Below are positions 1 through 8,564 of a DNA stretch of 32,955 bases, piece after piece (positions within the stretch are counted from its first letter, which is position 1; each line of letters starts with the position of its first letter). Made by a program: the position numbers and the translations under genes. The notes under the pieces were generated by a model. It saw nothing but the letters and a program-made list of their open reading frames with translations. It made no database searches and was not told the origin of the DNA. Origin of the DNA: a virus (lineage: Duplodnaviria; Heunggongvirae; Uroviricota; Caudoviricetes); IMG/VR virus record IMGVR_UViG_2617271086_000008, positions 1 to 32,955 of that record. One strand, 5' to 3'.

Positions 1-984
1 TTATCGAATCGTTAAACCACCCTTTAGTGGGTTTAACGCTACTGCGTTTTGCAGGTAATCAGGCGCAAGGTGCGCATAGGCCATCGTCTGCTGAATGCTC
101 GCATGCCCCAGAATCTGTTGCAGTGCAATTATGTTGCCCCCATTCATCATGAAATGACTTGCGAATGTATGTCGCAGGATATGGGTTGCCTGATTGGGTG
201 GTATATCAGGTTTCACTCTGCGTAAAATCCCGCAAAACTTCTCATAATCAACTTTGAATAATTTGGCACTGGCCTCCTCTTTAACTTTTTTCTCCAGTTC
301 CTCAGAAATCGGCACGGTTCGCTTTTTACCGTTTTTGGTTTTCAGGAAGGTAACCCTGCAATTTGTAATCTGTGCTGGTTTTAGCGTGGCAACTTCCGTC
401 CATCTTCCTCCAGTGCTCAGACATAAAAGCGCGACAAGTAAGTCATCACCAGCCAAAACATTTAACAGTTTTTCGATTTCTGCTTTTTCCAGGAACGTCA
501 TTTCAGGGTTGGCCTCCGTCAGTGGCGGCAGTCCGTGAATTGGGTGTTGCCCGGAAAATTCATCCAGTTGAATTAATTTTGTGAACATGCCGGACAATCG
601 GTATATGTCACGATTTATCGTTGCAGCACTGATGCCATCACGTAGTCGCATGGAGCGATAATCCATCAAAGCCCTTTTGTTCATCCGGCTCACCGGTATA
701 TCACCTATACCGCTGATGGTTTTGAGCAGATGATTAAACTCTTTTGTCCCATGCTCGTGGTTTTGCCCGTGATATTTCCACCAGATGTCGAGCAATTCTG
801 TCAAAGTTCGGCGGTCTGCTCGCTGGCCTGCCCATTCTTTCTGACTGGCATTGGCGATTGTGTATCGCTCAAATGCTACAGCCTCAGCTTTTCTTTCAAA
901 CTTCCTGCGGATGCGTTTTCCGTCGCGACCGCGAGGTCTAATGTCCACTTCATAGCGTCCATCATCGAGCTTCTTAATTGACAT
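1..984 (-). CDS. int: Tyrosine integrase (P2 Int-like)
   Basis: ORF 1..1014; C-terminal catalytic region with HxxR and terminal Y motifs (ATHILRHTFASHF...MAYAHL); likely start at ATG 984 (MSIKKLDDGRYEV, matching the P2 Int N-terminus as recalled) preceded by a GAGGG RBS; stop codon is at window positions 1-3. Confidence 0.9.
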   Translation of the reverse strand: MSIKKLDDGRYEVDIRPRGRDGKRIRRKFERKAEAVAFERYTIANASQKEWAGQRADRRTLTELLDIWWKYHGQNHEHGTKEFNHLLKTISGIGDIPVSRMNKRALMDYRSMRLRDGISAATINRDIYRLSGMFTKLIQLDEFSGQHPIHGLPPLTEANPEMTFLEKAEIEKLLNVLAGDDLLVALLCLSTGGRWTEVATLKPAQITNCRVTFLKTKNGKKRTVPISEELEKKVKEEASAKLFKVDYEKFCGILRRVKPDIPPNQATHILRHTFASHFMMNGGNIIALQQILGHASIQQTMAYAHLAPDYLQNAVALNPLKGGLTIR

Positions 985-1053
985 AAGAAAGCCCTCTGAC
1001 GCTGTATTCACCATCTTGGTAACAAATGGTGAAAATGTAATGTTTATAGAGTG

Positions 1054-1347
1054 TTAACCAGTCTGTTTCCCGGAGTGGTCTGATTCTGTTGGTTTTTGCC
1101 CAATGTGTGCGAGAGCCGGCGCGATCTGACCAGCTTGTGGTGACGTATCACCAGTCATTAACCAGAGCGTATATTTTTTAAATAAAGGTGTATTTGTGAC
1201 TCGCATCACGATGCTGAGACCTGGGTCTTTATGCCCACTTTCGTAATTTTTGACTGTTCCTAGAGCTATCCCGCTAATTTCGCTGAATTTAGCCTGTGTT
1301 AAGCCTTCTGCTTTCCTAATCGCTTTCAGTTTTTCGAATGTCTGCAT
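1054..1347 (-). CDS. C: Immunity repressor C (P2 C-type HTH repressor)
   Basis: 97-aa ORF divergent from cox; N-terminal HTH-like segment (LTQAKFSEISGIALGTVKNYESG); position and size match P2 C. Confidence 0.75.
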   Translation of the reverse strand: MQTFEKLKAIRKAEGLTQAKFSEISGIALGTVKNYESGHKDPGLSIVMRVTNTPLFKKYTLWLMTGDTSPQAGQIAPALAHIGQKPTESDHSGKQTG

Positions 1348-1499
1348 TTGACAGTAACCTATTGGTGACTTATATTCCCGTCAAAAGGTTGTGTATTGGT
1401 GACCTTTTGAGTGTGTTAGCCAGTCCCTAGAAAGGACAGGGGCGACCTAGAAGGGACTGGATCTAATAAGGGTAACACGAAAGCAAAAAGGGCTAATCA
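1348..1499. promoter_or_regulatory. C/cox divergent promoter-operator region (lysis-lysogeny switch)
   Basis: 152-bp gap between divergent C and cox; 10-bp direct repeat tattggtgac at 1360-1369 and 1394-1403; inverted repeat ccagtccct (1420-1428) / agggactgg (1452-1460) containing a cctagaa direct repeat. Confidence 0.5.
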
Positions 1500-1772
1500 A
1501 TGGAAGTCAATGACTATGTGATTCAGTACCCGATTGATGCGGTACATACGGTTAAGTTTGCAGAGTTACTTGGTAAGCCAGAAACGGCTGTAGTCAAGAT
1601 GGTAAAAGAGAATAAATTGCCAGTTATTGAGCTTCGTGATCCAAGTAAGCCGAACGCTCGTGTCGGTGAGAAGTGGGTTTTCATTCCAGAGTTTAATCGC
1701 GCTGTACGTGAGGCGTTTTATAACCGACCGGTTGAACAGCGTGATGCATGGCTTTTGTGGATGGGGTTGTGA
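1500..1772 (+). CDS. cox: Cox-like excisionase/transcriptional regulator
   Basis: 90-aa ORF, first gene of the early operon, divergent from C; size and position match P2 Cox. Confidence 0.7.
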   Translation: MEVNDYVIQYPIDAVHTVKFAELLGKPETAVVKMVKENKLPVIELRDPSKPNARVGEKWVFIPEFNRAVREAFYNRPVEQRDAWLLWMGL

Positions 1773-1774
1773 TT

Positions 1775-1945
1775 ATGAGTGAACCGCGTTGTATTGCTCA
1801 GTTACTGCGTAACGAAAGCCCCAGGGCGATTGACTTCACCATCACCCACGGGAAGGGGCGCAAGGGAATCATTATCCGCACCAAAAAACAGAGTCCGTTA
1901 AAAAAGGCTCTGACCTTTCTGAAAAGCCGGAGGGTCTGGAAATGA
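1775..1945 (+). CDS. Small early protein (P2 orf78-like position)
   Basis: ATG at 1775 two nt after the cox stop; basic 56-aa product; overlaps the next start by 4 nt (ATGA). Confidence 0.4.
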   Translation: MSEPRCIAQLLRNESPRAIDFTITHGKGRKGIIIRTKKQSPLKKALTFLKSRRVWK

Positions 1946-2442
1946 CAGTGATGACACTTAATCTCGTCGAAAAACAGCCAGCAGCTATGCGCCGGATAAT
2001 TGGTAAGCATCTGGCCGTCCCTCGCTGGCAGGAGACATGTGATTATTATAATCACATGATGGAACGTGAACGGCTAACGGTTTGCTTCCATGCGCAGTTA
2101 AAACAACGTCACGCAACGATGCGTTTCGAAGAAATGAACGATGTCGAACGTGAACGGCTGGTTTGTGCAATTGATGAATTGCGTGGGGCATTCTCAAAAC
2201 GCCGTCAGGTCGGTGCAAGTGAGTATGCATATATTAGTTTTTTAACAGTCAGTCAGCGGCGTACTTTATTTATGCATGCCAGATTGACAGAAAAAGAATT
2301 CAACCAGCCATACTGGCGAATTAATGAAGAATCATGTTACTGGCGTGATGCTTTATTCCGTGCATTACGTGAATTATTCAGTCTGTTTGAGTATGCACCG
2401 ACAATTCTGACATCGGTAAAACCAGAGCAATATCTGCATTAA
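1942..2442 (+). CDS. B: Replication protein B-like
   Basis: 166-aa ORF in the position and of the size of P2 gene B. Confidence 0.65.
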   Translation: MTVMTLNLVEKQPAAMRRIIGKHLAVPRWQETCDYYNHMMERERLTVCFHAQLKQRHATMRFEEMNDVERERLVCAIDELRGAFSKRRQVGASEYAYISFLTVSQRRTLFMHARLTEKEFNQPYWRINEESCYWRDALFRALRELFSLFEYAPTILTSVKPEQYLH

Positions 2443-2505
2443 GTAATTAACCAGAGTTTTTAACGCACTTAATTGTGCGGGGCTTCTTTTTGCCTGGAGA
2501 AAGTC

Positions 2506-2730
2506 ATGCATACAGTTTCTGAAAATCAGTGCGGTAAATACGCATTACTGCTGCAACAGGCCAGAACCGAAGCACAGGCCGACGCAGCGACGCGCTTTTC
2601 TTCTCATCTTGACGCCATGATTCGCCACATCACAAAGGCGGAGTTATCCCGCGTAGAGATAGTCGAGCTGCTCAGTCAGGAGTCGGAAAAATTTCACAAT
2701 ATCGGATTGTCCCGCGGGGAGGTGCTTTGA
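2506..2730 (+). CDS. Hypothetical early protein
   Basis: ATG at 2506 preceded by GGAGAAAG; stop overlaps the next start (TGATG). Confidence 0.4.
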   Translation: MHTVSENQCGKYALLLQQARTEAQADAATRFSSHLDAMIRHITKAELSRVEIVELLSQESEKFHNIGLSRGEVL

Positions 2731-3032
2731 TGTCCTGTTCTCGTTCAGTTGTATTACTGAATAACGCCTTAAAAATCACCGTTATGAAAAATGGCGATCT
2801 ATCTCTTATTCAACTTGGTCTTGATAAAGAAAAACGCGAAATAACTGAGTCTGTTATCGCGATTTATCAGAACGAATTAAATCTCCTGTCTGATGTGGTC
2901 AATTTACTTGTTAAACGCGCTGTATTTCACAAGCAAATCTCCTCCGTGAATGAACTGACGAAATTAACGACAGAAATTGCCAGCTATTGCGCTGATGAAT
3001 TTAAAAAACTTAACGACAAAAGGAACTGGTAA
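2730..3032 (+). CDS. Hypothetical early protein
   Basis: ATG at 2730 preceded by GGGGAGGTG; AT-rich; translationally coupled to its neighbours. Confidence 0.4.
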   Translation: MSCSRSVVLLNNALKITVMKNGDLSLIQLGLDKEKREITESVIAIYQNELNLLSDVVNLLVKRAVFHKQISSVNELTKLTTEIASYCADEFKKLNDKRNW

Positions 3033-3256
3033 TGCCGGACAACGTAGATTTTATTCAGGAACAACAGGCTGAATTACTGGAGCGTCAGATTAACGCGGCA
3101 AGGGTAAAACATTGCGGAGCTTCTGCGCTGGTTTGCGAAGAGTGTGACGCGCCAATACCTGCTGCCCGTCGTGCGGCTTATCCGTCAGCCACGCGTTGTG
3201 TTTCCTGCCAGTCAGTCTTTGAAGCAAAAAACAAACATTACCGGAGAACGGCATGA
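3032..3256 (+). CDS. TraR/DksA-family C4 zinc-finger protein
   Basis: 74 aa with two Cys pairs (CEECDAP ... CVSCQ) in a C-terminal arrangement typical of phage TraR/DksA-like zinc fingers. Confidence 0.55.
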   Translation: MPDNVDFIQEQQAELLERQINAARVKHCGASALVCEECDAPIPAARRAAYPSATRCVSCQSVFEAKNKHYRRTA

Positions 3257-3528
3257 GTATTCGTATTGAAATTGGCGAACGTTATGTCGTTACCAGTGAC
3301 AGCTTTCAGTTTATTCTCCACGAGAAAAAGAGAGCGGAAAGCGGTAAAAACGCCGGTCAGGAATGGCTGGCGGTGGTTGGTTATTATCCGAAATTAAGCC
3401 AGCTCGTTTCCGGCCTGATGCATCACGATATTCTGACCGGAAGCGCAAAGTCTTTTGCTGATTTAAACGCGCAGGTTGAGCAACTCAGCAGGCGTTGTTC
3501 AGAGGCTTTTGGCTCATATGGCCGTTAA
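3253..3528 (+). CDS. Hypothetical early protein
   Basis: 91-aa ORF overlapping upstream (ATGA) and downstream genes. Confidence 0.4.
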   Translation: MSIRIEIGERYVVTSDSFQFILHEKKRAESGKNAGQEWLAVVGYYPKLSQLVSGLMHHDILTGSAKSFADLNAQVEQLSRRCSEAFGSYGR

Positions 3529-5803
3529 AGCCTCCGGGCGTTTTGTCCCTCCTTCAGCATTTGCTGCAGGCACCGGTAAGGCGTTTACCGGTGCTTATGC
3601 ATGGAACGCGCCACGCGAGGCCGTCGGGCGCGAAAGACCCCTTACACGTGACGAGATGCGTCAGGTGCAAGGTGTTTTATCCACGATTAACCGCCTGCCT
3701 TACTTTTTGCGCTCGCTGTTTACTTCACGCTATGACTACATCCGGCGCAATAAAAGCCCGGTACACGGGTTTTATTTCCTCACATCCACTTTTCAGCGTC
3801 GTTTATGGCCGCGCATTGAGCGTGTGAATCAGCGCCATGAAATGAACACCGACGCGTCGTTACTGTTTCTGGCAGAGCGTGACCACTATGCGCGCCTGCC
3901 GGGAATGAATGACAAGGAGCTGAAAAAGTTTGCTGCCCGTATCTCATCGCAGCTTTTCATGATGTATGAGGAACTCAGCGATGCCTGGGTGGATGCGCAT
4001 GGCGAAAAAGAATCGCTGTTTACGGATGAGGCGCAGGTTCACCTCTATGGTCATGTTGCTGGCGCTGCACGTGCTTTCAATATTTCCCCTCTCTACTGGA
4101 AAAAATACCGTAAAGGGCAGATGACCACGAGGCAGGCATATTCTGCCATTGCCCGTCTGTTTAACGATGAGTGGTGGACTCATCAGCTTAAAGGCCAGCG
4201 TATGCGCTGGCATGAGGCGTTACTGATTGCTGTCGGGGAGGTCAATAAAGACCGTTCACCTTATGCCAGTAAACATGCTATTCGTGATGTGCGTACGCGC
4301 CGTCAGGCAAATCTGGAATTTCTTAAATCGTGTGACCTTGAAAACAGGGAAACCGGCGAACGCATCGACCTTATCAGTAAGGTGATGGGCAGTATTTCTA
4401 ATCCTGAAATTCGCCGGATGGAGCTGATGAACACCATTGCCGGTATTGAGCGTTACGCCGCCGCAGAGGGTGATGTGGGGATGTTTATCACGCTGACCGC
4501 GCCGTCAAAGTATCATCCGACACGTCAGGTCGGAAAAGGCGAAAGTAAAACCGTCCAGCTTAATCACGGCTGGAATGATGAGGCATTTAATCCGAAGGAT
4601 GCGCAGCGTTATCTCTGCCGTATCTGGAGCCTGATGCGCACGGCATTCAAGGATAATGATTTACAGGTCTACGGTTTGCGAGTCGTCGAGCCACACCACG
4701 ACGGAACGCCGCACTGGCATATGATGCTTTTTTGTAATCCACGCCAGCGTAACCAGATTATCGAAATCATGCGTCGCTATGCGCTCAAAGAGGATGGCGA
4801 CGAAAGAGGAGCTGCGCGAAACCGTTTTCAGGCAAAACACCTTAACCGGGGCGGTGCTGCGGGATATATCGCGAAATACATTTCAAAAAACATCGACGGC
4901 TATGCACTGGATGGTCAGCTCGATAACGATACCGGCAGGCCGCTGAAAGACACTGCTGCGGCTGTTACCGCATGGGCGTCAACGTGGCGCATCCCGCAAT
5001 TTAAAACGGTTGGCCTGCCGACAATGGGGGCTTACCGTGAACTACGTAAGTTGCCTCGCGGCGTCAGCATTGCTGATGAGTTTGACGAACGCGTCGAGGC
5101 TGCACGCGCTGCCGCAGACAGTGGCGATTTTGCGCTGTATATCAGCGCGCAGGGCGGGGCAAATGTCCCGCGCGATTGTCAGACTGTCAGGGTCGCCCGT
5201 AGCCCGTCGGATGACGTTAACGAGTATGAGGAAGAAGTCGAGAGAGTGGTCGGCATTTACGCGCCGCATCTCGGCGCGCGTCATATTCATATCACCAGAA
5301 CGACGGACTGGCGCATTGTGCCGAAAGTTCCGGTCGTTGAGCCTTTGACTTTAAAAAGCGGCATCGCCGCGCCTCGGAGTCCTGTCAATAACTGTGGAAA
5401 GCTCACCGGTGGTGATACTTCGTTACCGGCTCCCACGCCTTCTGAGCACGCCGCAGCAGTGCTTAATCTGGTTGATGACGGTGTTATCGAATGGAATGAC
5501 CCGGAGGTCGTGAGGGCGCTCAGAGGTGCATTAAAACACGAACTGAGAACACCAAATCGTCAGCAGAGAAACGGAAGCCCGTTAAAACCACATGAAATAG
5601 CGCCATCGGCCAGACTGACCCGGTCGGAACGAATGCAAATCACCCGTATCCGCGTTGACCTTGCTCAGAACGGTATCAGGCCTCAGCGATGGGAGCTTGA
5701 GGCGCTGGCGCGTGGCGCGACAGTAAATTATGACGGAATAAAATTCACGTATCCGGTCGCTGATGAGTGGCCGGGGTTCTCAAAAGTAATGGAGTGGACA
5801 TAA
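3518..5803 (+). CDS. A: Replication initiation endonuclease A (rolling-circle initiator)
   Basis: Long ORF; probable start ATG 3518 (MAVKASGRF, as in P2 gpA by recollection); HxH-type metal motif (GTPHWHMMLF) and YISKN/YIAKY tyrosine region. Confidence 0.9.
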   Translation: MAVKASGRFVPPSAFAAGTGKAFTGAYAWNAPREAVGRERPLTRDEMRQVQGVLSTINRLPYFLRSLFTSRYDYIRRNKSPVHGFYFLTSTFQRRLWPRIERVNQRHEMNTDASLLFLAERDHYARLPGMNDKELKKFAARISSQLFMMYEELSDAWVDAHGEKESLFTDEAQVHLYGHVAGAARAFNISPLYWKKYRKGQMTTRQAYSAIARLFNDEWWTHQLKGQRMRWHEALLIAVGEVNKDRSPYASKHAIRDVRTRRQANLEFLKSCDLENRETGERIDLISKVMGSISNPEIRRMELMNTIAGIERYAAAEGDVGMFITLTAPSKYHPTRQVGKGESKTVQLNHGWNDEAFNPKDAQRYLCRIWSLMRTAFKDNDLQVYGLRVVEPHHDGTPHWHMMLFCNPRQRNQIIEIMRRYALKEDGDERGAARNRFQAKHLNRGGAAGYIAKYISKNIDGYALDGQLDNDTGRPLKDTAAAVTAWASTWRIPQFKTVGLPTMGAYRELRKLPRGVSIADEFDERVEAARAAADSGDFALYISAQGGANVPRDCQTVRVARSPSDDVNEYEEEVERVVGIYAPHLGARHIHITRTTDWRIVPKVPVVEPLTLKSGIAAPRSPVNNCGKLTGGDTSLPAPTPSEHAAAVLNLVDDGVIEWNDPEVVRALRGALKHELRTPNRQQRNGSPLKPHEIAPSARLTRSERMQITRIRVDLAQNGIRPQRWELEALARGATVNYDGIKFTYPVADEWPGFSKVMEWT

Positions 5804-6252
5804 TGGCAAAAATTCACGAGGTAAAGCTGCACGCAAAATATTTTGACCTTGTACTGGAAGGAAAGAAACGAGCAGAGTTTCGTAAAAATGACCGTAATTA
5901 TGAGTGCGGGGACACGTTGATTTTGCATGAATGGGGGCAGGGGGTGTATACGGGGCGAAAGGTTGAAACCCGGATAACGGATGTTACTGACCTGTCAGAC
6001 TGGATGGAAGGTTATGTCTTGCTAAGTATTGAGCTGCTTAATACAGGCGCATATGAGATTGTGAACTGGAAAGAACTTAGTGAGCGTGGTCTGGTATTCA
6101 GAATTAATCATGACATTATGCATCAGCTCGGCCTTGCTGTTATGTATGAACCAGAGACGGGGATGTCTGGCGGGGCAATGGTTGCCACGGATGGAGCATG
6201 GAACTATTCAGATGAACAGATGGAGCATGCAAAGCAAAATGGGTGGTTTTGA
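5803..6252 (+). CDS. ASCH/PUA-like (DUF3850-like) protein with C-terminal extension
   Basis: Start ATG overlaps the A stop (TAATG); N-terminus MAKIHEVKLHAKYFDLVLEGKKRAEFRKNDRNYECGDTLILHEW resembles the DUF3850/ASCH fold signature. Confidence 0.55.
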   Translation: MAKIHEVKLHAKYFDLVLEGKKRAEFRKNDRNYECGDTLILHEWGQGVYTGRKVETRITDVTDLSDWMEGYVLLSIELLNTGAYEIVNWKELSERGLVFRINHDIMHQLGLAVMYEPETGMSGGAMVATDGAWNYSDEQMEHAKQNGWF

Positions 6253-6254
6253 AA

Positions 6255-6491
6255 ATGCACAGAATACCGGGTGAGATACCGCTGCATAACACTAAAAATA
6301 TCAAGCTGATGGCCATTGTTCACCGTCTACAACAGATTATGGTCAATGAGAATCTGACGCCCGATGAGCTAGTCGGGTGCGCTGAAATTGTCAGGGATAA
6401 TTACGGACGGTTCAACGATATCAGTCGACCGAAAGTTAAGACATATCAACCATATAATATGCTTAAACAACCACCACGCAGGCTTGAGTAA
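6255..6491 (+). CDS. Hypothetical small protein
   Basis: ATG 6255 overlaps the upstream stop (TGAAAATG); no recognisable motif. Confidence 0.35.
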   Translation: MHRIPGEIPLHNTKNIKLMAIVHRLQQIMVNENLTPDELVGCAEIVRDNYGRFNDISRPKVKTYQPYNMLKQPPRRLE

Positions 6492-6699
6492 ACGCCGCTA
6501 GTGCTGAAACTTGCTTTCTGGGCTAGCGGTGTTGAACAACGAGCGTAGTGAGGCGTTAGTTATGTAAAGTTAAAGTAATTTAAAACAGTATATTAGTGGA
6601 AAGGATGTTGAGAGTATTCGGTTACGAGAGGGAATGGATGTATTTACAGAAATTGTTGGATTAATTGTAGTAAAGCTAGGATAGGATAGGCCTTAGGGC

Positions 6700-6792
6700 T
6701 GGATGTGGGGAGCCTTCTTGTAGTTTGCTAAAACGCTCGAGATTTTTGAAGGATACAGTTATACTCTGCCGGAGGATGAATCGGAGACTAAA
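6700..6792 (+). promoter_or_regulatory. Putative promoter/RBS region for the methyltransferase gene
   Basis: Possible -35 tcgaga, 17-nt spacer, -10 tatact about 6742-6770; GGAG RBS 6 nt upstream of ATG 6793. Confidence 0.3.
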
Positions 6793-7830
6793 ATGGCGGT
6801 AAAAGTTGTTGATCTTTTTTGTGGTGCTGGCGGGCTTACTCATGGCTTAAAGCAAGCCGGATTAGATGTAGTCGCTGGTATTGATATAGAGAGTGCATGC
6901 CGGGTTGCTTATGAAAGTAATAACAGTGCGCTTTTTATTGAAAAAGATATTTCTCTGGTGACCAAAGACGAGCTTAACGATCTTTTTGAAGGTGCGCAGG
7001 TCAGGGTGTTGGCTGGTTGTGCGCCGTGCCAACCTTTTTCAAGGTATACGCAAGGGCGCGATAAGAAAAATGATAAAAAGTGGCCTCTTCTTTATGAATT
7101 TGAACGTTTAATTCGAGGGGTTAATCCAGAGATCGTTACAATGGAAAATGTGCCTGATGTAACGAAGCATTCTGTTTATAGTGACTTCTATAATAGTTTA
7201 GAGGCATTGGGTTATCATGTCTGGGCCGGAAAGGTTGAATGTGTAGATTATGGTGTTCCGCAAAATAGAGTAAGGCATGTATTATTGGCATCTAAATTTG
7301 CGCCGCTTTCATTTGTAAAACCAAAAGTAGAAAAGGCGGTGACGGTAAAAGAATGCATTGGCGGACTTCCTCCATTAAAGGCAGGTCAAACGGATCCTGT
7401 TGATCCTTTACATAAAGCAAGTAAATTAAGTGATATAAATCTAAAACGTATTGCTTGCTCTAAACCAGGAGGGACATGGCGAGACTGGCCAGTAGAGTTG
7501 ATTGCATCATGCCACATAAAGAAAAGTGGGCAAGGTTATGCTAGTGTATACGGACGTATGGATTGGGATAAACCAAGTCCTACAATTACTACGCTATGTT
7601 ATGGTTTTGGAAATGGCAGATTTGGTCATCCAGAGCAAAATCGTGCAATTTCTCTGAGAGAGGCTGCATTGTTGCAAACGTTTCCAAAGGATTACGTTTT
7701 TACTGCACCCAATGAGAAAGTATCTATAAAGAATGTTGGTAGGATGATTGGTAATGCAGTACCGGTAAAACTAGGTGAGGTTATAGGTGAGTCAATTATA
7801 ACTCACCTAAAAGAGCACAATATAGTTTAA
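6793..7830 (+). CDS. DNA (cytosine-5)-methyltransferase
   Basis: Motif I DLFCGAGG, motif IV GCAPCQPFS (catalytic PCQ), motif VI ENV, motif VIII QNRVR, motif X GNAV; AT-rich relative to the phage backbone. Confidence 0.9.
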   Translation: MAVKVVDLFCGAGGLTHGLKQAGLDVVAGIDIESACRVAYESNNSALFIEKDISLVTKDELNDLFEGAQVRVLAGCAPCQPFSRYTQGRDKKNDKKWPLLYEFERLIRGVNPEIVTMENVPDVTKHSVYSDFYNSLEALGYHVWAGKVECVDYGVPQNRVRHVLLASKFAPLSFVKPKVEKAVTVKECIGGLPPLKAGQTDPVDPLHKASKLSDINLKRIACSKPGGTWRDWPVELIASCHIKKSGQGYASVYGRMDWDKPSPTITTLCYGFGNGRFGHPEQNRAISLREAALLQTFPKDYVFTAPNEKVSIKNVGRMIGNAVPVKLGEVIGESIITHLKEHNIV

Positions 7831-8558
7831 GCCTGTAGTCTTGATGATCGTATGTATAAGCGATCATCAAGGTATTTTTGTATGTTTTCTAGTATTTCTT
7901 CTAGGTAATGGAAAACTTCATTTTTAAGAAGTTCAAGGTTGTCAATAGACGTTTCTTGACCCTTGTTTAAAAAGGATTCTGAACCATGTGCCAATGCATT
8001 TCTTGCTTTTTTTATGTTTACTAAATTTCCACCATTATGAGTTTTTGAACGATCTGTTTGATAGGAAAAACCATAGATATTAGCAACATCCCTAATTTTC
8101 TGTGCGTCAACATTTCCCGAAAATAGGGGGTTTTTATCTGCTTGAACTTGTTTTTTGTGTTCCTCTAGCCATTTTTTTAGAACTAGTTTTGCTATATCAC
8201 CTTGTGAAAAATCCATGTCACTCACCATATGATGGTCTAATTTTTTTAAGGCAAGCTTTGTTAAACTTTCGCAAATCTTATCGACACAAAGATCATCGCA
8301 CGAATTAAGTTCATTATGTATGTCTTCAATAGCATTAGATATAGTGGCTTCAATTAAGTTATATAATATAATAAACGCATTGGCTTTAAGGATATGCGTC
8401 ATTTCGATATCGATTTCGCGGTGTTTACATTCGCCTGCTGTGCGATCTTTGTACGAGAAAGTTGGTCTCTCATCAATAATGAATTTAACAAAATTAAAAT
8501 ATTTTTCTATATCTTCTTTTCTTTCAGAAAATAAAATTTTGCTGTTCATAATGACCAC
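7827..8558 (-). CDS. HEPN-like protein (R-x4-HG motif), putative RNase/abortive-infection effector
   Basis: 243 aa; C-terminal motif KARNALAHG (R186-x4-H191-G); probable GTG start at 8558 with a GAGGAG RBS that overlaps the stop of the upstream DUF262 gene. Confidence 0.6.
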   Translation of the reverse strand: MVIMNSKILFSERKEDIEKYFNFVKFIIDERPTFSYKDRTAGECKHREIDIEMTHILKANAFIILYNLIEATISNAIEDIHNELNSCDDLCVDKICESLTKLALKKLDHHMVSDMDFSQGDIAKLVLKKWLEEHKKQVQADKNPLFSGNVDAQKIRDVANIYGFSYQTDRSKTHNGGNLVNIKKARNALAHGSESFLNKGQETSIDNLELLKNEVFHYLEEILENIQKYLDDRLYIRSSRLQA

Positions 8559-8564
8559 GGATAG

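Noticed and set aside
254-981. Plus-strand ORFs (254..538, 372..584, 730..981, 744..941) antisense to int
   Set aside because: They lie entirely inside the well-supported integrase gene on the opposite strand, with no RBS or motifs; typical spurious antisense ORFs.
1798-2230. Minus-strand ORFs 1798..2055 and 1985..2230 overlapping orf78/B
   Set aside because: Antisense to the early operon genes; no independent support.
2443-2505. Possible hairpin (cgcac ttaatt gtgcg) after gene B as an internal terminator
   Set aside because: Short stem and no convincing U-tract; downstream genes appear to be co-transcribed.
3476-3517. Upstream start for gene A at 3476
   Set aside because: ATG 3518 gives the N-terminus MAVKASGRF expected for P2-type A and only a small overlap with the upstream gene; the longer form is unsupported.
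3495-5348. Alternative-frame and antisense ORFs inside gene A (3495..3827, 3944..4213, 5010..5348, 5042..5290)
   Set aside because: Embedded in a long conserved coding region; no motifs.
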